A stretch of 64,000 nt of DNA from Orbicella franksi. Its lineage: Eukaryota. Numbering within the stretch: position 1 is the first letter of the stretch; every line of letters starts with the position of its first letter. The stretch lies in contig OZ116700.1 of the NCBI GenBank assembly GCA_964199315.1, positions 15,934,001-15,998,000 of the forward strand, read 5' to 3'. Below, piece by piece: positions 22,591 to 35,729 of the stretch. The position numbers were made by a program, and so were the translations under genes. Under the pieces are notes generated by a model. The model was not told where the DNA came from. It worked only from the letters and a program-made list of their open reading frames with translations, and made no database searches.

Positions 22591-24052
22591 CGCAATATTA
22601 GAAGGTCACACATCAGTTCTCTAGTTTGTCTGTGATATATGTAATATTCTCGTTATGCCGCAATATTTGAATTTTCATATTAAATGTTAAAACTCGTAAT
22701 AAATTTTGGAAACAGATCATTGGCGCAATCATCCATACCTGTTTATCCCTATAAGTTAGTCCCAATGATTTTTATTAAGGCGATGAAAACAGAGCGAAAT
22801 AATTGTGAACTGTTTGAAGACTTAAAGCAACACCCAGTGATCTCAGTTCAGGGTTGTTCGAAAAGTGGATAACATTATCCAGCCTTCAAACAACTTCGGC
22901 CAGGGCCCTGTTTCTTGAAGGTCTGAGAAGTTTTTGCACTTGGCTGGAAAGCCATAGCAAACTCTCAAACCCTATGATAACAGCACTGTTTTATTTGCAT
23001 ATTCTTAATATGCATAGAGGTTCTCTTCATACGAGAAGTTTCAGGCATATACACCTCTCACTCAGGTACATTAAGGACTGGCTCTTTGTAAAAAAATTAA
23101 ATAAAATCAAAAAAATAATATATTAAATCAATTCCACCAGCTAAAAACATTCAATGTTGACTATTAAACAGAACGTGAAAAGAGGTTCTTTTGACAGGTG
23201 TCACTGTCGTGGTAACTTATGATGTCATCAGACACGAGGTGTTTAAAAAGCAACTAGATTGTAAGCCCTAGCAGCCCTACTAAACAAGCGAACATCTGCG
23301 GTTGTGGTTTTTCATATAAATGCACAATAGTGGCAATTAATTAAACAAACTGGAAATCATGTCCTTGAAGGTGCCTTCAGGAGTCAAAGCCTTCACCAAA
23401 TGATAACACACTCGAAATGCAACTATCGAACTGTTTAAAGAAATATTACTGACAGAAGGCCATGATTTCCAGTTTGAAATGGGGCTACTTGTGAAGTTTA
23501 TCATTACACATGAACTACGTAAAAAGGTGACTTTCACGGGGTCTGCAAGTGAGTGGTTTAGTGCAAACATCGGAAAGATCTTTAGCGCCATTTTGTTTTC
23601 ATAACGGCGTAACTTATGAACAGCGGTGACCGACTTTATAAGGGTTGTCATAGCAACACAATGTCAACGATGGAGAAATCAAAAAGGCGGCCGAAGTAAA
23701 CAATTTCTCTAAAGCGTTATTTTTCTATTTTCCAAAGAATATAATGCGTTAACAGTGACAAAATAACCTTTAACAATGTAAAAGAAAACAGGAGTCAAGA
23801 AGAGGTATTTCCAATGAATAAAAGCGAAAAAAGAAGTCAAAGTAGTCGTTTTATAAGACCGCATGTCTGTAATAAACAAGAATTTTAGAACTGCATCTTG
23901 TTTTGCTTTACTCTTAACTGCCAGTGGATGTACCGTAAAGGCGGGCCTTTGTAATTATGATGAAATCCAACACTAGGATTGAAGGAATAACGTAGTAAAT
24001 TTCTACAAAAGCACGCTCATTTTCAAAAAAAGGGCGCTCCAACCACACGAAG

Positions 24053-27000
24053 ATGCCAAGTGCTAGCTGCAGTGAAAAGGTTGCTTCCACCTTTCTACGT
24101 CCGCGTTCTCGTGGATTTGCGAGAGTTGCTGCTCTTCTATTAGGAAGACAAGTCTCTGCTGAGCTATTGAAAGAAGAGAAAGAGGGTGAGGCAAAATTTT
24201 GTGCACGTAAACTTCAAGAGCACTACAAACGATACACTGAACTCTTCAAAGATCAAGAAGACGTGTTTCAAATCGACTTCACCAAATTTCGTAAGAAACT
24301 CCCCCAACTAAGGGATTTTTTCAAATCCTGGAACCCACGGCAGAAGGTGGAAAAAGAGAAATATGTGAACCATTTTTCACCTGAAAGTTGGAGTCAATTG
24401 CTGCCAAAAAGGAAGAAGGAACATCGTCTTGCTGATTGCAAGGGATGTCAGAGACGAGATGCGGAATTCCAGGCCTTATTTCCAGTGAGATCCAAGCAGT
24501 TCAAGGGAAAAGCAAATGTAGAGAATATCTTTTCCAAAAGCAACAACATCAAAATCCCATCAGTTCCACTAAAGTGTCGGCAGCCATACCCACAGACCGA
24601 AATCAAGAAAATTGTAAAGGGTCTTTACGACAGGGTTAACTTGGCATTTGAAAAGATTTGCGAAGTTTTGTTTGCTACAGCCATGACAAAGGTTCCTGAA
24701 ATTGAGCTTCAAAACAAGAAATCCCCCAATGAACTGCGCAAGGCTTGTCGTGACAGATATAGGAAAGTAAAATCTAACATTGAAGATGCTTGGAAAACAG
24801 ATTCTCTGGAAAGGTAAGTTTGGACTAAAACTGGCATCTGTTTACATAATATGCAATCTCCCCTACCCCAAGGCCCAAGCCTACCCAATAGCTCTGAGGT
24901 TATAGGGAAAGGGTACAGGGGAGGGGAGGGAGGAGGAAATAACATAAGTAGAAGGTTTAAAATTTGAGTTCCCAGCAGGGGCAATCGGCAAACACAGTCT
25001 CCATTGATCTTGCGGGAAAAAAAATCAAGAACTTTTACTTACAGGAAATAAAACAATTTGCCCTGTCAAGAGCATAGCTCTAGAGCTCTGAAATGTATTG
25101 CAGAAAATGTGTCAAGTTACTGACTAGGCTGTACACAAATTAAATGTATTGTAAATAGGCAAGAAACTCCACAAACAAAAACTAAATGAGATTCATAACT
25201 AATAGACTCTTCACACAAAGTTTATATCATAAAGGGGTCCCACATAAACATCATTGAAGGTAGGAGATGAGGGGAAGTTCTCTGAAATTAGCATATGCAT
25301 TAAGGTGCATGCACTCTCAGACTGTGCACAGACACGTAATTTATAACAATAAACCATACATGGTTCACATTTTCCTCTCTTATAGTCTGAAAAGGAAATT
25401 AGGCTTAAGTTTGGACTCTGAGCTGAACATTCCTAGCCTATTGATGTACATGTAATTCCAATGAGAACCTTCCCAACCTCCAGCAAAAAGTACTCAATAA
25501 ATACTACTATAAATCCATCAAAAATATATTTTCTTGTCATTTGCACAGATGTTTGGGAGAACGACAGTCGTTTGCAGCAAGGCAACAGGAAAGGCTTGCA
25601 TCATCCTTTGAATCTGTGAAGGCTGCAAGAAAAAGACGGAATTGTGAAATTGAGAAAAAAAGATCAGGGAAAAGGCAAAAGAAAACTCACTCTGGAAATT
25701 TTGACAGAACGACATGGGACAAGGAAACACTAAAGAAAGAAATTGAAAGCAAAAAGGATGGCGAGAAAATCAATTGGTCAGAGGTTGCTCGCCGATACCA
25801 TGTAACCAACAACAGGGGGGAAATTGCTAGGAATGGTGGGCAAATAGTCCAGGAATGGCTGGTGAATCAGGGAGTAAATATTCACCGTTTCAACCCTCAA
25901 GGATTGCCAAACAAGTTAAGGGCAAGAAGAAGAAAGAAGAGAGGACAAGGTGGTGAAATAAGCATTCCTGTCCCAGAGACAAATGATGAGCTCAAGGAAA
26001 AACTAAAAATGAAGATAACCTCTGGTGAATATACCTTGGGAGAGCTTATTGTGCCAAGGAAGGTAATCTCACTGCTTACTTGACCATTATTTGAGAAGCA
26101 AGAATGCTGAAATTGTTCAAATAAAAAACATAAGCTTTGCTAATTACTTGTTCATTATTTTCTATATTTTGCAGTATGAAAAACTGGTCCTTGATAAAGA
26201 TGGCAATATCAAAAAGACAGAGTTTGTGGTTGAAGAAAGAAAACAACCATTGGAAGAAATTCGAAAGAAGACATTAAAGCTCCATGAAAAATTCATGAGA
26301 GTTAAGCCAGATGAATTCTATGAGATGCCCAGAGAACAAGTGGTCTCCAGATTAAAGGAGTTGAATGAGTATGATGAAAATGATGGTCTAACAAAAATGA
26401 GGAAAAAACTGAAAAAAATGGAACGGACACGTCACCTGCAAATATGGCATCACCATTCAACACTAGCTAATCATGGGCACATCCTTTTCATGGTGTCCTG
26501 CCTTTATGACCCAGCTGTGCATCTTACAAACCTGGAGTATAAATTGGAAACAGGGGAGGAGGTTGATGTTCAGACAGAAGTGGAGAAACCAGAAATTTAC
26601 ATTGTTGGGAGATGCCATAGCAGTGATACAGAACAACTTGCCTATGTAGAAAGCAGGTTGTGCTGCCTCCAGCACCTTCAAAGAAACCTCACAACTGAGA
26701 AAGAAGGATGCACGGTAGAAATAAACAACAAGATGAGATTCTTCCATGGTGACTCGCCAGCCCAGAACTTTAAAAGTGGTCAGCAGAAGGGAGGTCATTA
26801 TTATTGCTCTGGATGTGGTGTTCATGCAAGCCGTGTATTTGAGCTGGACCACACTTTCAAATGCAAGTTTGTATCATTGAAGGATCGCCAAGACTGTGTA
26901 TTAAAGGGTCTCATCAGCAGGAACTCTGTCAATAAAAAATCAAAGCCACTAAGCAATTTAAAGAAACAAGATCTGATTCGTGAGCTAGGGTCAAGAAGAA

Positions 27001-29699
27001 TCTTTCAAGGAGACACAAAAAAGGAGTTGGAAGATAATCTTACTAATGAACTGCAAGGTGTTCAATGTGTACCAGCTTTACTGTTTGAAAACCCAATAGA
27101 AGATCTTATAGCTATAAACATTGAAGATTATGAAATTCTTGTGTGTGAGCCAATGCATGATGTTTCAAAGCATATTGAGAATGTCCTCACGGAACTGCCA
27201 AGTCACATAGCAAATGCTGAACACAAAAAGTTCATTGAAGAAACAATTGCATTAACTATTGGTGGCAAAGAAACCAAGCGAGCATTTGACTACCGATGTG
27301 CCATAATAAATGTTTCAAATCAAATCAAAGGAGTTGTTGATGGCAAAGTTCAGGCCTTAGTTGACACTCTTGTTGACATTCAAGAAGTTCTATACAAAGG
27401 TGATGACCAGAGATGTCCAAGAAATGTTCTCCGCCTACACAACAGCATGTGGTATCATGCCATCTTATGTCGAGAAGTTCTTGGGTTCAAGTTAAATGAG
27501 ATAACAAGGAAATTCTATGGCACATACTTCCATGACTTGACAGCTCATGCTCCTCTACAGCTGAGGCTTGTCAGTGGGAAAACAGCAAATACAGAAGAGG
27601 AAGAACGCATGTTCAACACAGTCAAATCCATTACATCAGCAACTTCAAATGGGCACCCTGACCACATCATCAGAAATTTGTTCATTCGCCTTCAGGCTGA
27701 AGAACAGCTTGGAAAGTCTAGAACAACAGTGGCAAAGCAGGAGTCACAAGTATCAAAGCTAGCAAAATCTCTTGGTCTTCGCACTAACACTATAATCCCT
27801 ATACTAGTCATCAAGAAACATGCCAGGTCCTGGCAAGCCCATCTTCAAAGAATAGCTGATTTTCTTCTCCCAGGAAAAGGTATTTGGTGGTGTCAGAAAG
27901 AAGGGGGAATTGAGTTCTTTGATTCACAGTGTGCTTTAAAGGACAGGTCAGAAGGTCCTATTCTTCATTACTACCGTTCAAGGAATCACAAAATTGAAGA
28001 GTCTTACCTTCAGACGTGTTGGAATGAATGCCTTGAGAAGAAGTTGTGCATTCCTAGTCATGTCATCTGGACTGAAGATAACCATGGTAAAGTTACAAAA
28101 GAGGCCACTGGTTTCTTGAATGATGAGGGCATTGGTAGCCATGAAGAAGTAGACATCCCAGTATTAACTGCAACAGCCAACCTTCTTATTCCAGATGATC
28201 TGCAAGAGGAAGAGGATGAGACTGTTATCATGTTTAATCTTGTTCCAGATGATGAATCCATTCTATGTCCAAAGGGTGATGATAATCAGAATTGCTACAA
28301 CTACAATGATCAGGAAGTGGAAGCTGATGTCTGTACAACACTGGAACCAGACATAGTAGATCAAGGATCACAACCCACCAATGAAGTTCAGAAAGACTCC
28401 CTCATGACAGGTAAACACTTTATTGACATAAAATTAGACTTTCAGGTGACTTTAAAGTCACAAATAATATTACTTGTATATCAGAAAGCAAGAAGTAATT
28501 AGGAACACAGTACCCAAACCGGTTCTAAATGCCACCAAAGATAAAGTCACTAGCATGTATGTAGCAGGTTCTAAACCTCTAGCTTTTACAATAAGGGAGA
28601 TCAAAATGGACCTCTATAAATGTGATCACCATTCACTTCATATCACGTGTATCATTATAAAAAATATTACTGTTGAATAGGAGACATGTGCCAGTAGTTG
28701 TCCAATGTTCAGCTACCGTCTCAAGACCTCAAATAAATTTCTAATTATAATGAGTTTAATTTAATCCAAGGTCCGCAGAAGAGAGCAGAAAATGACGAAA
28801 CCCTAGCAACTCCATGTGCCAACCCATCTATAAGAAATCTCTCACAAGAGAGTGACAAGACTGTGACAATGAAGTCTTCAGAGAGAAGTGCAGTAAGTAA
28901 ATTACATTGGAAATAATGGCCTTGATTATCTTCATTTATAATTAGCTGTTCATACTCACAGTTGCACCATTTACATAGAAAGTATCTTGTACCAACAAAA
29001 ATATCACGACATATACTGACCCATTAAGTTTTAGAGTGCAAATACATTTCAAAGCACCAAAGTTAGTGCAAGCATGAAACCATGTTACCACCCTCTTCCA
29101 AAGTGAGCAATGGAAATACTATTAAATAAAAACTTTTTTATCATCAGTTTTTACAGCTGTGTATTTTGTTGACATAATATAACCAACCACTGAAATTATT
29201 TACTTCAGTGCAATTCAGTGAAGCAATGCCCGAAGTGAATTAGTGGCACAGGGAAACTTCCATTTTGCCATACACGTTTTTTCTTTCCTTTTCTCCACAA
29301 AACTCTCATGAATTTATTGTGCAATTTTCTTTCAAGGGAGGCAGCAATGACCGTCAACTTCAAACTACACTGGGAAAGAGTGTTGCAGTTGTCCTTGGAG
29401 TTACTCCAGATGTAGTTGTTTTTGACAAGATGAGAAGTGAATATGAGAAACATCCAAAAGACACATACTGTTATGAAAGGTTTATGGATGAACTGGTAAA
29501 GATTCAGACTGGCATTCTGAAAAAGCTAAGGGAGTTAACTATAGCACGCAGGGAATGGGACAAAGACTATTTTTTGAAAAATAACCATTTACCAACCTAT
29601 GCTCATGTGAACCAAGATGAGGAGGGTAAGCAGCTAACAAGGAAAATTAAATATGCAAGAGTCCTTCTGAGGGAGTGGAAAATGGACTTCACTTCCTAA
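24053..29699 (+). CDS. Five-exon Transib/RAG1-CMC-clan DDE transposase-like gene, about 1331 aa, open throughout
   Basis: Exons 24053-24813, 25549-26062, 26175-28410, 28771-28892 and 29337-29699, all GT/AG and phase-compatible (3996 nt). Motifs IWHHHST, RFFHGDSPAQ..SGQQKGGHYYCSGC, EPMHD, YGTYFHDLTAHAP and NTEEEERMF..K. Confidence 0.75.
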
Positions 29700-29736
29700 C
29701 CCCTGACTATCTTAACCCTGGACTAATCTCAGCCAT

Positions 29737-30310
29737 TTAAACTACAGTGTACATGTAAGGCCAAGCTTTATTTAGTATAATTTCATATATAATTTGATAT
29801 GTAAGATATTTACAACACCCACATGTAAGGCAGAGTTCATTATTAGGATAAATAAATAAGCTTACAGGCTCCGGAGAGGAGATTTTAATGCTACAGCAAT
29901 GTATACAAGGAGCTGTGTTTTTCCGAGAGGTGTAACTTAACTGTGAAACAGATATTAAACTGAGCTTACAAGATTTAATATTGTAATACACGCAGCTAAG
30001 TTTCTTACCTTCCTGATCGATAAATCAGGACCATATTTGTCCAGCTTGCAATAAACAGAATTTACACTTCGCAACTCATGCTGTTGTTTGTGAATGAGTA
30101 AGTAATGTCCTTTGTACCAACCCTGTTTGTTGACAAACAACTGGAAAATTTGAAAGGAAACTAAGTATTTCGTGCATCGTTGCTAGGCAATTCCGGGCTT
30201 CGCATCTGGAAATTGCTCCATCCGCTAAGGATTTGAACCGTGGACTCAGGTTTTTTAGTGAACTGCGGGAACTGTGCACAGCAGTTGTACAAACACAAAC
30301 ATATTTTCAT
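29737..30310 (-). pseudogene. Possible small spliced gene convergent with the 24053 transposase
   Basis: Minus-strand donor AAG|GTAAG at 30008 and acceptor TTTCACAG at about 29942 link LFVNKQGWYKGHYLLIHK...DLSIRK to a Cys-rich frame (CIHCC...CLTCGCC). No homology recognised. Confidence 0.3.
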
Positions 30311-30644
30311 GCACAGATTTCGCGGGAAAGGCTCACTTGCGACAATTTTGTCGTTTCCAGAGAGAATCATGCCACAGTTTACCAGTGAAAATACAATTGA
30401 AGAAAAACGAAGGATGAGAAATGAACGCAACAAAAGGAAACTCTTACGGACTGCAAAGAAAACGGAGGCCATGGGAATTCTTAGACAAAAGGAAAGAGCT
30501 GCGTACTCATGAGCGAAAGAAATGGCATGCACTAATTACTTTAAGTGGAGACTAGTGGTTGATCAAAACAAAACCAGGACCTTGGACAGAACCAAAGTAA
30601 GCTTGTATTCAGACACGTCAAAAACGCATAACCAACACAGTGTT

Positions 30645-33600
30645 TGTTCTGTCACACTTTGTAATACCTGTTGCACTTTGTAATAAAACTGTCGCACTTT
30701 GTAATACCTGTCGCACTTTGTAATAACACTTGTCACACTTTGTAATAACAAGTTGTCGCACTTTGTAATAAATTAAGCTGTCGCACTTTGTAATAACAAG
30801 TTGTCACACTTTGTAATAAACTTTCAAATTTCCTTTGAATAGGATATTTGGTAGAAATTATATGACTTAACTAATCCCCCAAGGCACAAATACGTTCTTC
30901 CTTGATATTTTGCTCTGCATACTAAACTGACCGGATGAAAATGAAACTCGTTCTCCCCCACGCTTCTCGCAATTGTTATTTTGGAGATAACACAGCTTGC
31001 TTAGCAACGATGGAATGCAATAAGTGAACAGAGGGCAAATAACTCCTGGTAAAAATAAAAAGATACGCGAGAGGGTTGAGTCCAAGGGTTACTAAGGGAG
31101 ATGGAGACTTCAAGTGACTTGCCACATGTTCCATATGAGGTAATTTTTGGGGGAGTAGTCACAGGATTTAAAATAGTTGCTACAATCATGGCTAAAAGTC
31201 GGGATACCTTGAACACCATTACAAGACAAATACCAAAATTCTTTTTGCTCTTTTTATTTCACCTTGTCGCGATTTCATGAAGTTACTTTATTCTTTTGTT
31301 AAATGACAACTGCATGTACTAAAAAGTGTGTTCATCCGTTTGCCTAAATAATAATGTACAGATTCGTTTTCGGTTCTACTCGAACGACATCCCACGACAT
31401 CTCATGGTCGCCACGTTGGCGACTCATTTTCAAGCCTGGTCACCAGAGGCAAAATTTTAGTCACCATGGCGCCTAAACTGGTCGTAACTTGGAGGGTTAA
31501 TATTTATAAGAACAATAATAATAATAATAATAATAATAATAAAGCTAAACAAATTATAATAAAGTTAATTAGTACATGGATAGTGAACATATGAACAACT
31601 CCACCATAGGCTCTTCCGCTTATGGGCGGTCTTGGAGAAAAACGTCATTTAACTTTGTGTCAATTTTGACGCCTAGGAGCCGGCTTTTCTATTATGATAA
31701 GACTATTCTTTTATTGTGCAACTTCATAGTTTTTTCCTTCAATAGAGCCGGTATGGCATATAAATGGATCTTAGCCTTTATGAGCTGCCTTATGCTGTGT
31801 TTTTGCAGTTTCAGAGCAGAAAAGAAAGGGAGATATTTTCATTCATTAAGCGACGAGGCTTACGAGACGCTGTTGCTGCTGGTACAAGGAAATTTTAACG
31901 TGCCCGTGGCAGAACACACACGCGAACAGAGGAATGAAGTAGTGCGCTATTGGCGCCAACGTGATAGCTTACACCTTGGACCTCAGTCTACCCCAACACT
32001 GTACTTTGATGGCAAGAAAGTAGTTAAGAAGTCGTCGATAGCAAGTCTTGTTGCAAAAACGTTTCATCAAGCAAAAGCTGGTGGATGTAAAAAACTGCGA
32101 AATCGAGCCGCAGATGGCTTCGCAGGTCTGAGCGAAAGAAATATCCTACGAGTGACAAACAACGAAGCGAAGTATCGCATACACAATGTCAAATTCACAA
32201 ATAAAGCCACGCCAAGGCCAGTAACCGCCAGGACCATTCAAGGTCAACATCAAATTGACCTGATGGACTTAAGCAAAGAGGCTGTCAACCACAACAGGCA
32301 TGTGTACAAGTATGTTGTAAGTGTAATGGATATTTTCAGTAGGTATTTGTGGTTGCGGCCGCTGGAAAAAAGTCAAGCCAACATGTTAGTCGGGCACTTC
32401 AGAGGATCTATAGCGAGCACGGTCCACCGGATCGCCTTCAAAGTGACAGAGGAACAGAATTCGAAGGGAAGGTTAGACCTCTTTGCAAACAGTTAAAAAT
32501 AAAACTAATTAAATCGAGACCCTACCACCCGCAGTCGCAGGGAAAGATTGAGAGATCGCACAGACCATTAAGAAAAAAAATCATGTACGACTTAGTATCC
32601 CTGGGTAAAAAAGGGGTTAACTGGGCAGCGAATCTTGAAGACTATAACCGGATTTTGAATGAAGAATGCAAAGAAGAACTTGGCTGGAGGTCTCCTTTCG
32701 AAATATACTATGGGCGGAAGTCAAATCAATTAGTGAAGGCGTCGCTGGACTGTGTAGATTCTGATGATAACATGGTTACCACAGCGCCAAATAAACAGGA
32801 ATTGGCCTGCCACCTGAAGAAAGTAAAAAAGATCCGACGGAGAGCTAAGCTTTACAGCAAGAAGCTTAACGATCGAATGGTAAAGAGCCACAAGCGACGC
32901 CACAAAGCGGAAACTTTTAAAGTAAAAGAGCATGTTCTGGTACACTACAGACCGCAAAAAGGAGGTAAACTTGCACCGAAAAGAAGGTTTGTTGTTAAAG
33001 ACACAGTAGTAAAGAAGAGAAAAACAAATCCTGATACATATAAAGTCAGATTTAGGCCTCCAAATTCTTCTAAACACATAGAAGAATGGTTTTCGGTAGA
33101 AGACATTGCAAACATTAGAAAACGCCACTGAGGAAGCACAGCAGAAAATAAAACAATAAAACAGCAGAAAATAAAACAACTTCGGAAAAAAATGTACATA
33201 CCGTTAACAGCCCGCGATCGTTTTCTGGATCTAGACTTTCCCGACATGGATTTGTCTCTCATGTACAATCCACCAGGTGACGGAAACTGTCAGTTTGGGG
33301 CACTGTGCTTCTGGTTAAACCGTCTCCGTATACACCGATCAGCAGGAACTGTCCGGGAAGAAATTATAAAGTACCTGACAAACAATCCAAACAACAGTGA
33401 AGGTATGCCTTTGGAGCTTTTTGCGGCCACACCCTGGGCAGAATATTTACACAATGGCAAAGAATGGCACCTATGGTGACCAAATAACTTCGTAATTTCG
33501 ACCTTGGGACCTGATGCCACAGCGGTAATTTCTCCCTCTTCTAGCATACCCACTGCAAGAGTTCAGCTGGGGCATTATGCAGAGAACCACGGAGAACACT

Positions 33601-35488
33601 ACATATGTGTGGACGGCAGAGTGTTGCTGGAGGAGGAGGAGCAGGAGAAAAAGACAAATGGAGAGGTGGAAAAGGTGGAAGATGATGAGCAGGAAGAAAG
33701 GGCAGAAGAAGAGGTGGACGATGATGGCGCGGATTTGTTATCTACTCAGGAGGATTACGCACACGGCCAGTATATGGGAAAGGAAAGAGAGGTGCCTGAA
33801 CAAGATCAACATCGTATACAAATCCCCATCCACTTTGTTGGAAACGAGACCGTTGGAATGGTTTCCACGAACGACGCAACCACCCCCATAGAAAGGCTCC
33901 CGAATGAAATTTTAGAGAAAATACTTTCCGAGGCGTTATTATCTTCTGGTTTTTCCTGGCCTAACCATGTATGCCGGATGTATAACCTATGTTCAGTCAA
34001 CGTCCGTTTTCGTGATATCACCCGTAGACTGGTCTCGATGCTCCCGAGTATTTACTTCTCTGAGGGTGGTGAACTTGGCATCGTTAGCGTCAGGAGCCTA
34101 ATTAAAAAGTTTGGATCTTCGAGTGGTGTTGTGCTGGAGGTACGGCGAATAGTTGCCAGTCCAAATTGGGCAAATGCTTGGCTGGATCTGCGATTTCGTG
34201 GTTTGGGATGGTTTATCATCCTCAACATATTCTGGCGAAAAAGTCAAAAGTAGCATTTTGTTGAAATCTGCTTTGTCATTATTATCCACTCGGCTAGAAT
34301 AGAATCACCCATGGTCTTTTAATGACTTTTTGCTTTAAAACAAAAAACAGTTCCTTGAACTGAGGAGAGAGAAACATTCTGTTCGTTCAGTTGTGTATTA
34401 AGTATTTATAAACAACTAGTTAATTCCGTTTCATGTTATAGTTCGTTGTTGTTTATTCAAGGTTGAAATAGACTTTTATTCAATGGTTCTGATTCAATGC
34501 TTTAATACCACATATACTGATTACAGCTATGATGGTTGCTGTTCCATATTCTGGCTTATGTCAAGCCAATGCGATTTTTGAATTAAAATACGATACTATT
34601 TCACAATTATTCTATTCAACTATAGTTAACGGTCCCTTCTTAGAAGACTCCCAGTCAAAGCCTTTATTTCCGGATCGTACCATTTTGTACAGCTGTTATA
34701 AATACCAGCAAGATGTGTCCTCTACTCTTTTACTGATACACTATGTCCCTGCAAGTTGCTTTCCAGTTTCGTCCTCTCTAAAACTCCCACGGAAACAAAC
34801 CTTTTTATTTTCATCCGCAGGAGATGCCAGTATATTTAAAATTCGAATCTTTATTTAAGATGTGATAAATACCTTTTTAATACCTGAATTAAGCTATCAT
34901 TTACAAATTAAACATGCAATAGGGTCTCATTTGCACGATAAATTAGACTAGTACCTAGCCAATGGAGCGGCTTAACAAAACCGATTTTTAAGTCATTATT
35001 CGTGATGACAAAGTGTTTCTGTCGCGATACATCGTAATCAAGACAAATAACAATTGCGAGAAGCGTGGGGGAGAACGCGTTTCTTTTTCATCTCCTCAGT
35101 TTAGTATACAAAGTAAAATATCAAAGGACGTATGTGCCCTGGGGGATTAGTTAAGTCATATAATTACTACCAAATATCCTATTCAAAGGAAATTTGAAAG
35201 CTTATTACAAAGTGTGACAACTTGTTATTACAAAGTGTGACAGCTTAATTTATTACAAAGTGCGACAACTTGTTATTACAAAGTGTGACAGCTTAATTTA
35301 TTACAAAGTGCGACAACTTGTTATTACAAAGTGTGACAGCTATTTTATTACAAAGTGTGACAAGTGTTATTACAAAGTGCGACAGGTATTACAAAGTGCG
35401 ACAGTTTTATTACAAAGTGCGACAGTTTTATTACAAAGTGCGACAGGTATTACAAAGTGCGATGATTATTACAAAGTGCGACAGAACA
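30645..35488 (+). mobile_element. Ginger2/TDD-type integrase DNA transposon
   Basis: TGTTCTGTC...GACAGAACA termini and 5-bp TSD GTGTT (30640-30644, 35489-35493). Long TIRs (about 30645-30980 and 35045-35488) with tandem TTATTACAAAGTGYGACA subrepeats. Confidence 0.9.
31753..34253 (+). pseudogene. Integrase-OTU-F-box polyprotein pseudogene of the Ginger2 element
   Basis: rve core QIDLMDL...DIFSRY...QSDRGTEF...PQSQGKIER (frameshift near 32365, stop at 33129). OTU motifs PGDGNCQFGAL and GEHY and F-box-like IERLPNEILEKIL follow in the same frame. Confidence 0.8.
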
Positions 35489-35729
35489 GTGTTAAACCGC
35501 CTGGTGGTGTTTACACCAATGCAAAACATTGTGGTAGCATGATTCTTAGCTATTTTGCATTCTGGTATTCAGATAATTCAATTGTTCTGAGGTACAAGTC
35601 CGCTGCCTCAACTTCTAGTAGACAAAAAGGGAATGTGCGAGGGTGGGCCCATCACTTGAGGCTATACATGCACTGGTCTAATTTTTGTTTACTGTTTCAC
35701 TTTTTAGGCAATGTCACTCTGTTTTAAAA

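Noticed and set aside
22900-23090. Degenerate Harbinger-like MITE
   Set aside because: It resembles a common dispersed repeat from memory, but termini and TSD cannot be shown in this window.
23325-23345. CACAATAGTGG as an RSS/Transib-like left TIR of the 24053 gene
   Set aside because: No inverted partner or 5-bp TSD was found downstream. CACTGT at 23193 versus ACAGTG at 29744 also lacks a TSD.
23337-23593. Minus-strand ORF MALKIFPMF... divergent from the 24053 gene
   Set aside because: Good start context, but short, with no splice support or recognisable motif; not enough to call a gene.
2180-30557. TTAAGTGGAAACTAGCG (2180) and TTAAGTGGAGACTAGTG (30541) as element ends
   Set aside because: They are in the same orientation and both fall inside probable coding exons, so the similarity is probably chance.
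30645-35488. Tandem TTATTACAAAGTGCGACA arrays (also 49180-49330 and 56740-56939) as CRISPR arrays
   Set aside because: Units are separated by only 2-10 variable bases, there are no unique spacers or cas genes, and the arrays form the TIRs of integrase transposons in a eukaryotic context.
35260-35727. 155-aa ORF with repeated ITKCD units
   Set aside because: It arises from the stop-free TIR subrepeat array.
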